Shown here: one piece after another, positions 1 through 7,391 of the stretch
How the letters are laid out: each line of letters starts with the position of its first letter
How positions within the stretch are numbered: position 1 is the stretch's first letter
DNA from: a virus
Virus record (IMG/VR): IMGVR_UViG_3300009509_001611
Length of the DNA stretch: 25,542 nucleotides
Reading direction: 5' to 3' (one strand)
The notes under the pieces: generated by a model
Database searches by the model: none
The model's input: only the letters and a program-made list of their open reading frames with translations
What the model was told of the DNA's origin: nothing
Made by a program: the position numbers and the translations under genes

Positions 1-565
1 CTTGCAAACATTCGCCCGGAAAGCTCACGGTCGAATCTAAACCTGGCTGGATATACTTAGAAACTCGAGAATGCGGCTTGCGTTCTTCAATTTCCATTCC
101 GGCCATTAGTGCAGCTGCGTGGACCGTAGAACTGACCTGACAGACTCCTCCTCCTATTCCATCCCGCATTTCTCCAGCAAAAATAACTGGCGCCTTTTTG
201 AATTCGTTCTCTTTCGTCCGGGGACCAACTAATTCGTTGAAGCTAATCTTAGACCCTGGGGTTATGATGATATTTAGGCGCTCAGCAGCCGTATGAATGT
301 TGTGGGCTCGGTTCTTCTTAGTTAGCAGATAATCTGTTTGGTAAAAACCGAGGACCTTGTTCTCATCTATCGGATCTGGAATGACCTTGGGGACTGAGGA
401 GTCCTGGGTTTGGGTCCGAGTTTCTATCTGAGTAATGACCGTTAAAGAGGAGGTCTGTGATCTGGTTGATCCATGGGTCTCTGGACTGCAGGCCAAAAAC
501 ATCGCGAAGCACAAAAACAAAGGATTTCTTTTCAGGAGTGTAGCAACATCGAGTTCCAGTGTCAT
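1..565 (-). CDS. VanW-like domain protein. The N-terminus lies inside the window (ATG at about 563-565, alternatively 500-502). The C-terminus is cut by the window edge.
   Basis: I translated the minus-strand frame by hand. It is open from the TGA at about 593-595 down to position 1. It reads MTLELDVATLLKRNPLFLCFAMFLACSP (a hydrophobic, signal/TM-like stretch), then ..YQTDYLLTKKNRAHNIHTAAERLNIIITPGSKISFNELVGPRTKENEFKKAPVIFAGEMRDGIGGGVCQVSSTVHAAALMAGMEIEERKPHS... The SFNExVGxRT...GGGVCQVSST block is what I recognise as the VanW-family signature. The ORF is absent from the supplied track because it is incomplete. It overlaps ORF 363..1148 by about 200 nt in another frame. Confidence 0.45.
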   Translation of the reverse strand, partial: MTLELDVATLLKRNPLFLCFAMFLACSPETHGSTRSQTSSLTVITQIETRTQTQDSSVPKVIPDPIDENKVLGFYQTDYLLTKKNRAHNIHTAAERLNIIITPGSKISFNELVGPRTKENEFKKAPVIFAGEMRDGIGGGVCQVSSTVHAAALMAGMEIEERKPHSRVSKYIQPGLDSTVSFPGECLQ

Positions 566-1148
566 ACCAATGCCAATTCGGTGTGTGTCCAGTCAGTATT
601 CTGTAGCAAGGCAAAGGCTCAGACCAATATCTGCCAGCCAAGCACCATTTGTGTCGACTAATTCCTGGGCAACGAATCCATTCTTCGACGTTCCCCATCA
701 TGTCTTCAGCACCACTAGCTGAGACACAACCTCGAGCCCCCGATGGGTCTCTTTTATCCAGTCTAGCCAGCTCTTTCGGATCACGAAGAAAAACCTTCAT
801 GCCGTCAGGCTCGGTATATGACTTAGCATAGTTACAGGGCGCTTCTTCCTGCTTTGTGATCTTAGGCAACTTATATCCAAACGGATAATCTGATCCACGC
901 GGGCCCCTGCAGGCTGCAATCCACTCCTTGTGTTCACAGACTCTTTTCCCAACACTAGCGCACAGACCCTCAGCGTCCATTACAACGTTGTCTTTTTCAA
1001 ATTCGGATCTAATGCCAGTTAGCGCTATCGTAGGCAGTTCACCCTTGTGATTTGGCCATTCATACTTATCAATACAGGTGCCGGTTTTAGTAACAGGAAC
1101 CATGCCCACCGGACAGGACAAAGCAATAGATAGTAATAAGGAAATCAT
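363..1148 (-). CDS. Secreted protein with a possible FGE-sulfatase (SUMF1/EgtB-like) domain.
   Basis: The N-terminus MISLLLSIALSCPVG looks like a signal peptide. Internal FGYKLP....DMMGNVEEW resembles the FGE-fold motifs (YRLPTEAEW / DMxGNVWEW). The C-terminal RGGS motif is not seen, so the call is weak. The last ~65 aa are low-complexity and overlap the VanW-like ORF. Confidence 0.35.
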   Translation of the reverse strand: MISLLLSIALSCPVGMVPVTKTGTCIDKYEWPNHKGELPTIALTGIRSEFEKDNVVMDAEGLCASVGKRVCEHKEWIAACRGPRGSDYPFGYKLPKITKQEEAPCNYAKSYTEPDGMKVFLRDPKELARLDKRDPSGARGCVSASGAEDMMGNVEEWIRCPGISRHKWCLAGRYWSEPLPCYRILTGHTPNWHWYDTGTRCCYTPEKKSFVFVLRDVFGLQSRDPWINQITDLLFNGHYSDRNSDPNPGLLSPQGHSRSDR

Positions 1149-1429
1149 GACTCCATTATGCGACGTACAAAGGCCTCATCGACACAATCTTGGACATCTT
1201 CTATGGTGAATTCACCATCAAGCAGTTGACCTATTATGTCCGTAAATTTGCTTTTTAACCGCCGCTTGCCATCATCTGTCTCTTGTTTCTCAGCTTCCGG
1301 GCACCACGCTGCATGCCTACCAGGAGGTCCCGGGGCCTTAGGGTTGCACTCCGAGCACAATTCTCGATGATGCGAAAGAAGGCCGAACCTATTTGCGGCT
1401 CGCATTTTAGTCCAAATGTCAACCATCAA
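1145..1429 (-). CDS. Small hypothetical protein, member of the shared C-terminal tail family (ends ..DEAFVRRIMES).
   Basis: The stop overlaps the next start (ATGA). It has a CxxC pair (CSECNPK..C). It is one of three tandem small ORFs with similar C-termini. Confidence 0.5.
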   Translation of the reverse strand: MMVDIWTKMRAANRFGLLSHHRELCSECNPKAPGPPGRHAAWCPEAEKQETDDGKRRLKSKFTDIIGQLLDGEFTIEDVQDCVDEAFVRRIMES

Positions 1430-1626
1430 TCTTCCATTATCCGTTCTACAACTGCTTCTGCGACCAAATCTTCAAGATTCTCTGGTTCCAAACCCTCGTT
1501 AAGAGCCTCGGCTAACACATTTTTTAATCTTTCCCGGACGTTAGGTTTTATGGATTCATACCCATAACTCCCTCCACTCCCTGCTTTAATTGTAATATCT
1601 CCTCCATTTCCACCTTGAGCCATCAC
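1426..1626 (-). CDS. Small hypothetical protein (ends ..AEAVVERIMED).
   Basis: It sits in tandem with 1145..1429 and 1623..1919. It is Gly-rich at the N-terminus and acidic at the C-terminus, and carries the shared tail motif. Confidence 0.45.
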   Translation of the reverse strand: MMAQGGNGGDITIKAGSGGSYGYESIKPNVRERLKNVLAEALNEGLEPENLEDLVAEAVVERIMED

Positions 1627-1919
1627 GACTCCATTATTGTTTCTACCGTAAATTCTTTCGAAGATTCTTTTAAAGTCTGGATAAAGATCCGGCGCATACT
1701 GTGGGGACCAATACCGTCCCTCAGTCCACCATGGATAATTCTTTTTACGGCAGCTGTGAATAATTCAGTCGGATTCTTCTCTTTTTCAAAATGCATGCCA
1801 TCTTTAGATTTAAAATTGCCTCCCCATGGAAGTGAAATATCTCCCATTTTAACGGCTTCCATGATTAATATTACACCGGGTATAATTCTTATTAGGGTAT
1901 TCTGGTATGTTGGATTCAC
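1623..1919 (-). CDS. Small hypothetical protein (ends ..EFTVETIMES).
   Basis: It carries the shared tail motif. Its stop/start junction is ATGGAGTCGTGATG, one mismatch from the recurrent 12-mer. Confidence 0.45.
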   Translation of the reverse strand: MNPTYQNTLIRIIPGVILIMEAVKMGDISLPWGGNFKSKDGMHFEKEKNPTELFTAAVKRIIHGGLRDGIGPHSMRRIFIQTLKESSKEFTVETIMES

Positions 1920-2317
1920 TCCTTGCAGGACTAGCTGAACAAGGAAAATTACTTGGAATACTATGTGCTATCTTCATCTTGGCCATCGTATTTCTGTTCC
2001 GAGCCTTGATGAAAGCCAAGGATCAATCCGTCGAGGACCAAAAGCTCCGACTTGAAGATCAAAAAGCGTACGCTAAGACTCTAGAGAAGGGGAATGAAGC
2101 CACCCAGAAGTTGACACTCGAGATTAAAGAATTTACGTCAGATTTAATGGTTAAATATGTGCAAGAGCGGGGAGAAGTTAAAAACGCGATGGCTAACCAG
2201 TCTCGCGAATTTGACGAAATGGAGCGGCAGCATAAAGAATCTCAGGATGAATTTAAGAAGATGAGCACAGAGTTTATCAATCTTGCTGCAGTCGTAAACC
2301 AGTGCAAGCGGAGCTAA
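1907..2317 (+). CDS. Membrane-anchored coiled-coil protein.
   Basis: The ATG at 1907 was verified in the sequence. There is an N-terminal TM helix (LLGILCAIFILAIVFLF) followed by a charged heptad-like region (KLRLEDQKAYAKTLEKGNEATQKLTLEIKEF). It is the first gene of a small plus-strand island. Confidence 0.4.
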   Translation: MLDSLLAGLAEQGKLLGILCAIFILAIVFLFRALMKAKDQSVEDQKLRLEDQKAYAKTLEKGNEATQKLTLEIKEFTSDLMVKYVQERGEVKNAMANQSREFDEMERQHKESQDEFKKMSTEFINLAAVVNQCKRS

Positions 2318-2502
2318 GTATGAGCCTCTGCAGTAAATTGAATTTTTGGCCTTTTAGCTATTGGCGCAAAAAGCGAGAAGAGACGGAACGCGTCAAGCAG
2401 ATTGAGGCAGAATTTAGAGCTCAATTGAAAGAGGCTTACTCAAAGCACGGGGATATAGACGAAGCGACTGAGTTGATCCGCAAGACTCGTAAAGCAGTAT
2501 AG
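2302..2502 (+). CDS. Small basic hypothetical protein.
   Basis: 66-aa ORF in the plus-strand island. It is charged, and an RKKREETERVKQIEAEFRAQLKEA helix is predicted. Confidence 0.3.
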   Translation: MQAELSMSLCSKLNFWPFSYWRKKREETERVKQIEAEFRAQLKEAYSKHGDIDEATELIRKTRKAV

Positions 2503-2510
2503 AGGACGCA

Positions 2511-3167
2511 ATGGGCAAAGCAGACGATCTGGTTAAAAGTATTACCTCTGAACAACTCGAAAAAACACGAGCTGAAGTACAAAAAGAGATCGATACTAAA
2601 AAAGAATCATCCGAAGGTGCTGATGATACGATTGAAGAGTCTGAGCCCGAACCAGAATCTGAGCCAGAAGAAAAAGTTGATAAACTGGATCTTGCGATGG
2701 ATGTCCAGTTAATTATGATCGGAAAGTTTAAACATACTCTTGCTTTAATTTGGGTGACGATGGGCATTTCGTTGGTCGCTCTTGCCGCTCAGGTCCTTGG
2801 ACAATCTCGTCAGTTAGATATGCAAGGGAAGATGATTGTTGTGGCAGAATCTCAATTAGAGATCGCTAAGGCACAAAGAGAGGCGGCAGAAGCTGCTAGG
2901 AAAAATGCTACTGAGGTAGCTGAGGTAAAAGAGGAAGTTAAAAAGACTAAAGAACAAGTCCAAGAAGCAGTAGAGGCTTCACCGAAACTCGAAGTTGATC
3001 CTGAAAGCGGCAGAACTAAGGTTGTTGTTCCGGTAAAACGACCCAAAGTTGGGGATAAGAAAAACAATGGGGACAAGAGTGCAGAGGACAAAGACGAACC
3101 GGAAGTCAAACACCCATCTAAGCCGTTGCCGGCTCCCCCGCAAGTAGAATTACGGGATGAGTTTTAG
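2511..3167 (+). CDS. Membrane-anchored charged coiled-coil protein with an acidic SEPEPESEPEE linker.
   Basis: Central TM segment (LALIWVTMGISLVALAAQVLG) flanked by long E/K-rich helices. The C-terminus is Pro-rich. Confidence 0.45.
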   Translation: MGKADDLVKSITSEQLEKTRAEVQKEIDTKKESSEGADDTIEESEPEPESEPEEKVDKLDLAMDVQLIMIGKFKHTLALIWVTMGISLVALAAQVLGQSRQLDMQGKMIVVAESQLEIAKAQREAAEAARKNATEVAEVKEEVKKTKEQVQEAVEASPKLEVDPESGRTKVVVPVKRPKVGDKKNNGDKSAEDKDEPEVKHPSKPLPAPPQVELRDEF

Positions 3168-3356
3168 TTGATTGGGATTAGGATGGAGAAGTTCGTAGAT
3201 TCGTCGTAACTCTATGTGATCCTTAACCCATCCTATTTTGCCACAAGCCATACAACGAAACCCGCCATCCGGCCATATCCGGAGGGACGGGTTTTCGTCA
3301 TCGTGGAATATGCAGCAGGTCATTATTTTTCCACCTAATGACTTCTTCGCTTTCAC
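3150..3356 (-). CDS. Stand-alone CHC2 (DnaG primase-type) zinc-finger protein.
   Basis: CCIFHDDENPSLRIWPDGGFRCMACGKIGWV matches the CHC2 pattern CPFHDEKTPSF..YHCFGCG of primase zinc-binding domains. Confidence 0.55.
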   Translation of the reverse strand: MKAKKSLGGKIMTCCIFHDDENPSLRIWPDGGFRCMACGKIGWVKDHIELRRIYELLHPNPNQLKLIP

Positions 3357-3736
3357 AGTATGACCTTCTTGACCGGAATACCATGCTGTTCAGATATGGC
3401 CACCATGTCCCGGGTGCCTTTCCCTAATTTTGGATCGTAATGAAAGGCAATAACTCTCACTTCATGTCCTGCATCTCGAGCCTTGAGTAACCCAGATAGC
3501 ATTTTACGATTACGAATTGGTCCAGCTTGCAATTCGTGTTTATCCCAGTCTGCCGGAACGGGAACTACTTCAAATCCCATCAAATAGGCTTCAAACCCGG
3601 CCAAACTATCGGCTCCAGGTGCAGCCCCGTGAATGATTATGGTATCAGGAGGAAGCTGTCGAAGTTCTTGTTTAATTAATTCGGCTTCTTCGAGGCCGAT
3701 CCAATCCCGAGATCCGCAGATAAGAACAATCAGCAA
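3353..3736 (-). CDS. DUF2493/SLOG (DprA/LOG-like Rossmann) family protein.
   Basis: CGSRDW...IIIHGAAPGADSLAGFEA matches the TGxRD...HGGAxGADxLAxxWA signature of phage-associated DUF2493 proteins. Confidence 0.5.
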   Translation of the reverse strand: MLIVLICGSRDWIGLEEAELIKQELRQLPPDTIIIHGAAPGADSLAGFEAYLMGFEVVPVPADWDKHELQAGPIRNRKMLSGLLKARDAGHEVRVIAFHYDPKLGKGTRDMVAISEQHGIPVKKVIL

Positions 3737-3933
3737 TTATTCACCCTGTAGACAAGTTCTTCTTCCGGGGTCAGTTTCTGGAGCTTTAAACGATATCCAA
3801 CCCCGTCGTTTTCACGAGTACTACTAAGTAAAAGATAAACCCCATCTTTTTCCACAAAATAGTAATCATTACGCTTCGGGTAGAAGTGCCCCATCGCGTT
3901 ACGACGACATTTAATTATCGGCTTCGCTTCCAA
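3730..3933 (-). CDS. Hypothetical small protein.
   Basis: ORF tightly packed in the operon. No recognisable motif. Confidence 0.3.
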   Translation of the reverse strand: MEAKPIIKCRRNAMGHFYPKRNDYYFVEKDGVYLLLSSTRENDGVGYRLKLQKLTPEEELVYRVNNC

Positions 3934-4183
3934 TACTATTCACCAAGTGGCAGCATCCGCATTCACACTCATCGTCTTCATCGTCTTCATCGTCGATAGA
4001 GTCTGCTGAGCCGTATTTAATGTTGATACGATTCACCAATTCTGCCGGGTAGCCTAAATTCGTCAGATATTCTCTAACGTGAATTTGTAGCTCCTCATCA
4101 GATTGGAGGGTATCGGACACCTCGAGCATTTGTTCGAGGGCGTACTCTATAGCGTCTTCCAGATCTTGTTTGATACCTTTCAA
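3911..4183 (-). CDS. Acidic hypothetical protein with a CECGCCH cluster.
   Basis: The track start is TTG. Features are a DDEDDEDDECECGCC acidic/Cys stretch and a C-terminal SEADN. Confidence 0.35.
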   Translation of the reverse strand: MKGIKQDLEDAIEYALEQMLEVSDTLQSDEELQIHVREYLTNLGYPAELVNRINIKYGSADSIDDEDDEDDECECGCCHLVNSIGSEADN

Positions 4184-4599
4184 AAGTCCATGACCTCCAT
4201 CACGAGCAGCATATTCTCCAGATACGTCCGGTTAGCTCCGGGTACATTGTCGTGGAACATCTTTACGTATTTGTAGTCCCCGGTTTCCACGATCGCTCTC
4301 TGTAAACGCTTTACATTTGCGCCGGGGATATCTTTTGCGAACTTGTACAACTGTTTTGCACATCCGTATCGAAGCGTTATGAGTTGGAGCTTTTTGAGAT
4401 CAATATCTGCTCGACTCCCGTATTTCTTAGCGCAAAAATACGCGCCCCAAGCCCAGCTGTATTGGACTCTCACATTATGGGGAGCCCAGAAGTATTGACT
4501 GAATTCTTGGGTTGGTGGATTTTTCAGGCAGGATATTACTTCATCGTACCAACGCCGTTGCCGGCGGGTCATTCTTGGCTTGCTCAAGGTACACCTCAC
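4180..4599 (-). CDS. Hypothetical protein (ends ..LLVMEVMDF).
   Basis: 139-aa ORF with a basic N-terminus (MTRRQRRW). It carries the shared C-terminal tail. Confidence 0.4.
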   Translation of the reverse strand: MRCTLSKPRMTRRQRRWYDEVISCLKNPPTQEFSQYFWAPHNVRVQYSWAWGAYFCAKKYGSRADIDLKKLQLITLRYGCAKQLYKFAKDIPGANVKRLQRAIVETGDYKYVKMFHDNVPGANRTYLENMLLVMEVMDF

Positions 4600-4702
4600 T
4601 CATTGGATTGTCATTGGACACCTCCTTTATGAGTGATTACTCTTGAGCATTTGACCTATTTTACACCTGAGAGTTTAGGTTGGTCAACTATTAATACAAA
4701 TT

Positions 4703-5206
4703 ATGGGTATGGATTTACGGCAAGTTGCTACCCGAGTGGCCGCCCCTACACTTTCTCCCCAGGGGTGCACTTCTCTAGTTTCTTTGTTAAGTCTGCTCGG
4801 CGCTGCTGCTCAATTACACCAATTACATCACTGGCAGGTTACGGGAGAGCAGTATTATGGAGATCATATTCTCCTCCAGCGAATTTACGAAGATAGCGGC
4901 TCATTTATTGATGCACTAGCCGAAAAGACCGTTGGACATTTCGGAGTTATCCCGCCAGTCGAATTTGTCCAAGCTGTTGGACAGTTCGTTACCAGCTTCG
5001 CACCCCAAGCCCTAGAACCGACTCATATGATGGTATCGAGTTTAGAAATCGAGAAGACCATCATATCTACTATTGATGGTGTCCGCCAAGCACTCGAAGC
5101 TAGTGGTGAACTAAGCAACGGGATGGATAACCTACTTCAGGGAATAGCCGATAAACACGAGGAATTCATATATCTGCTTCAGCAGCGAGTACTTAAGCAT
5201 CAGTAA
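4703..5206 (+). CDS. Dps-like ferritin-superfamily protein.
   Basis: LHHWQVTGEQYYGDHILLQRIYEDSGSFIDALAEKTVGHFG fits the Dps ferroxidase-centre pattern HWxVxGxxFxxxHxxxEExY...D..AER..LG. The ORF fills a gap on the plus strand that is otherwise non-coding. A TATTAAT -10-like box lies about 8 nt upstream, so the transcript may be leaderless. Confidence 0.55.
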   Translation: MGMDLRQVATRVAAPTLSPQGCTSLVSLLSLLGAAAQLHQLHHWQVTGEQYYGDHILLQRIYEDSGSFIDALAEKTVGHFGVIPPVEFVQAVGQFVTSFAPQALEPTHMMVSSLEIEKTIISTIDGVRQALEASGELSNGMDNLLQGIADKHEEFIYLLQQRVLKHQ

Positions 5207-5669
5207 TTTCCAGAACCACAAGTAGATTTATCCCTTCAAGCAAGGCTTCTGCAGACAACATAAATATTTTGACGGACCGAGAATTCTCCCCGTAAAGATT
5301 CATTTGGGGAGTATCCAGACGATACAATTCTCCCCAGAATTCGAACCGCCAGGTTCGAAAAGCTGGTTTTTCATATTTAGGCCAGTCTAGCCACTGACAC
5401 CCGGCCCAGTCCAGACTGCAATTTTCTTTACATGGGTAAGTGTCATCACACTCTCGCCAGAGGTCCCAGTCCTCCTCAAAGTAACAATCCCACCAAGGCT
5501 CGCTTGGAACAGCTGGTTGGTACAGGTGGTCATCGAGTTCGACTAAGTCTGAGTCGACATACTTCGCCACCTCAGCCAAGAATGGATCATCGGTCGCCTT
5601 GACGATGATGAAATTTACGATCTCGCGGAGAGTTGCTAATGCATTTTCTTCTGGTGTCATGTGTGCCAT
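5193..5669 (-). CDS. Hypothetical Trp/Cys-rich protein.
   Basis: 158-aa ORF with several W and C residues (WWDCYFEEDWDLWRECDDTYPCKENC). No family recognised. Confidence 0.35.
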   Translation of the reverse strand: MAHMTPEENALATLREIVNFIIVKATDDPFLAEVAKYVDSDLVELDDHLYQPAVPSEPWWDCYFEEDWDLWRECDDTYPCKENCSLDWAGCQWLDWPKYEKPAFRTWRFEFWGELYRLDTPQMNLYGENSRSVKIFMLSAEALLEGINLLVVLEITDA

Positions 5670-5715
5670 AGTCCGATAATTCGGAACTACGGCGGGGCTC
5701 TGTATCTTTTAATCA

Positions 5716-6306
5716 TCACAACACCATCATACTCGCGATAAGTTGCTGTTTACGAGTTTCTTCTATGAATTCATGCCACAGATGATTGCTTCGTTCACGT
5801 TCGAAATACTTTATGCTTTGAGCATTTGTTCCGTTATACAACGCTCGAGACGTGTGCCAACAAAGTCTTTCTCCCAATAAACTCTTGTTAGCCTTTCGAG
5901 GCTTCAGCCGAGATTTTCTTGTAGCCCTTGACTTCCCTTTCGAGACTTTGGGCGGCGGAGGTGGGGTACGACTACACCAAGAAATCTCTCCATCATCGTA
6001 GAGATTAACAATCTCGATAATGCGTCGTGATTCAGTAAAAGCCGCTCCCATGCCTTGGTCAGGAATAAGCCTAATGTTGGATCGTTGAAGTTCGGGATAA
6101 TACTCAGCAACCAATCTCTCGCCCGTTTCTAGTAGAAAATCGAGTAGATGGATCACAGGTGCTAAACCATCAAGCGCTTCAAATATCCGTCTATCTTCAT
6201 CTGCCTGGATTTGGGCAGCCATTTGAGCTTCGGCCGCCTTCGTTCTTGAATATTTGTATCTCCCAAGCTTGGTTCCCGAAACCTTAAATGTTGGAAAAAT
6301 AATCAC
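5716..6306 (-). CDS. Hypothetical protein with a Pro-rich basic tract (PPPPPKVSKGKSRATRKSRLKPRK).
   Basis: 196-aa ORF. The basic low-complexity segment suggests nucleic-acid binding. Confidence 0.35.
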   Translation of the reverse strand: MIIFPTFKVSGTKLGRYKYSRTKAAEAQMAAQIQADEDRRIFEALDGLAPVIHLLDFLLETGERLVAEYYPELQRSNIRLIPDQGMGAAFTESRRIIEIVNLYDDGEISWCSRTPPPPPKVSKGKSRATRKSRLKPRKANKSLLGERLCWHTSRALYNGTNAQSIKYFERERSNHLWHEFIEETRKQQLIASMMVL

Positions 6307-6746
6307 TAAATAAACATTACATCACCGACCTGGAACATCTTCAAGCCCTCATGTAGATCTTCGGCTTTCAGATTGTAGACAGACTGACTAAAAGAAACGA
6401 CTAGGGTTTGAAGATTTTTTGCTTTGCCCTCAAGCTTTCTACGAACTTTGGCCCATTCACCCTTATCGTCGTAGTTGACTTTCTTGGCTTTTGAGGCATC
6501 CATGCCAACATCTATCATCGATGCCAATCGGAGATGACAAATCCCATCCGTGACATCGATAACAAAAGGCCTGCCATCCCAATGAGCCGTGCCGTCCGTG
6601 TCATAATTAAAACGGATGCTAAATTTGGGGCTCGGCTCGTTACTATGCTTATTGAGAATGGACCTCAGATATTTAATTTGATCACCTTCGACGTCGTCAG
6701 AATCTAATCGAAGATGAATAACTCGCGCCTTCGGCTGAGATTTCAT
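6306..6746 (-). CDS. Hypothetical protein.
   Basis: 146-aa ORF. Its stop abuts the start of the downstream gene. Confidence 0.35.
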   Translation of the reverse strand: MKSQPKARVIHLRLDSDDVEGDQIKYLRSILNKHSNEPSPKFSIRFNYDTDGTAHWDGRPFVIDVTDGICHLRLASMIDVGMDASKAKKVNYDDKGEWAKVRRKLEGKAKNLQTLVVSFSQSVYNLKAEDLHEGLKMFQVGDVMFI

Positions 6747-7146
6747 GCCTCCATGACCTCTTTGACCTTAAGCATCTGTTTGAAATTTTTCCTTGTCTCA
6801 GGAGACAACAAATTCCAGTACGCATGGTCATCTGGTGGAAGCACGGCTGTCTTATGCCGGATCGCCCAAGCCCAAAATCTAAGTAGGTTACGCTCCATTT
6901 GTTCCTCGGCCCGGGAAGACCAGAATAAAGCGTTTTCTCTAGTCCAAATCCAAGCGCCCGCAGTTTGATAGAGCCGCGGCTTACTTCGTCTATGTAAGTA
7001 ACGATGCTCTTAATAGGTCGAATTGCAACATACCTGTCGGTAATACTTACGCTCCAGCGTCGAGACCTCTTGTAAGCAATAGTAATCTCGTGTTCTTTCG
7101 CTAAGTCCTGGATATGCTTTTCTGCTTTCTCCAGATCAAATTTCAT
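6697..7146 (-). CDS. Hypothetical protein. The 3' ~50 nt overlap the next gene in another frame.
   Basis: The N-terminal 100 aa look protein-like (MKFDLEKAEKHIQDLAKEHEITIAYKRS..). The C-terminal tail is Cys/Arg-rich and may be an overprinted read of the neighbouring frame. Confidence 0.3.
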   Translation of the reverse strand: MKFDLEKAEKHIQDLAKEHEITIAYKRSRRWSVSITDRYVAIRPIKSIVTYIDEVSRGSIKLRALGFGLEKTLYSGLPGPRNKWSVTYLDFGLGRSGIRQPCFHQMTMRTGICCLLRQGKISNRCLRSKRSWRHEISAEGASYSSSIRF

Positions 7147-7164
7147 ACTAGAAATACGAAAACA

Positions 7165-7353
7165 TCAAGCAGATTTCCGGTTCTTTCGTTTTTCCAGCAT
7201 AATGTCTAAAAGTTTGGCTAAGGCCATGACGATGGGGATACCAACGATGTTTCCCATCGCAGTTTTTATGTTCCCCTGAGCCAAGTTAATTATGGCCATG
7301 GTCAAACAAACAATTACGAGATTGTAGCGAAATTTCATTACTAGAAAATACAA
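7165..7353 (-). CDS. Small hydrophobic membrane protein. The real start is probably the internal ATG at 7338.
   Basis: The track start is TTG. MKFRYNLVIVCLTMAIINLAQGN...IVGIPIVMALAKLLDIML gives two TM-like segments and a basic C-terminus (KRKNRKSA). Confidence 0.35.
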   Translation of the reverse strand: MYFLVMKFRYNLVIVCLTMAIINLAQGNIKTAMGNIVGIPIVMALAKLLDIMLEKRKNRKSA

Positions 7354-7389
7354 TTCGGCCCCTGAACCAAATGATCCAGGGGCCGAATT
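7352..7389 (-). terminator. Intrinsic terminator immediately after the MVP stop codon.
   Basis: A perfect 13-bp inverted repeat, aattcggcccctg (7352-7364) and caggggccgaatt (7377-7389), has a 12-nt loop. On the minus strand the GC-rich stem is followed by UUGUAUUUUCU. The MVP stop is at 7392-7394. Confidence 0.45.
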
Positions 7390-7391
7390 AC

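Noticed and set aside
435-831. Plus-strand ORFs 435..722, 473..661 and 649..831
   Set aside because: They are antisense to the VanW-like and secreted-protein genes. They have no motifs and are low-complexity.
2414-3109. Minus-strand ORFs 2414..2767 and 2852..3109 (Ser-rich)
   Set aside because: They are antisense to the plus-strand charged coiled-coil genes. The Ser/Leu-rich composition is typical of the reverse frame of GAA/GAG/AAA-rich coding sequence.
5335-5366. Palindrome ttcgaacc-gcca-ggttcgaa resembling a T-arm
   Set aside because: It lies inside the coding sequence of 5193..5669 (encoding ..FRTWRFEFW..). There is no flanking tRNA-like structure. It is probably coincidental.
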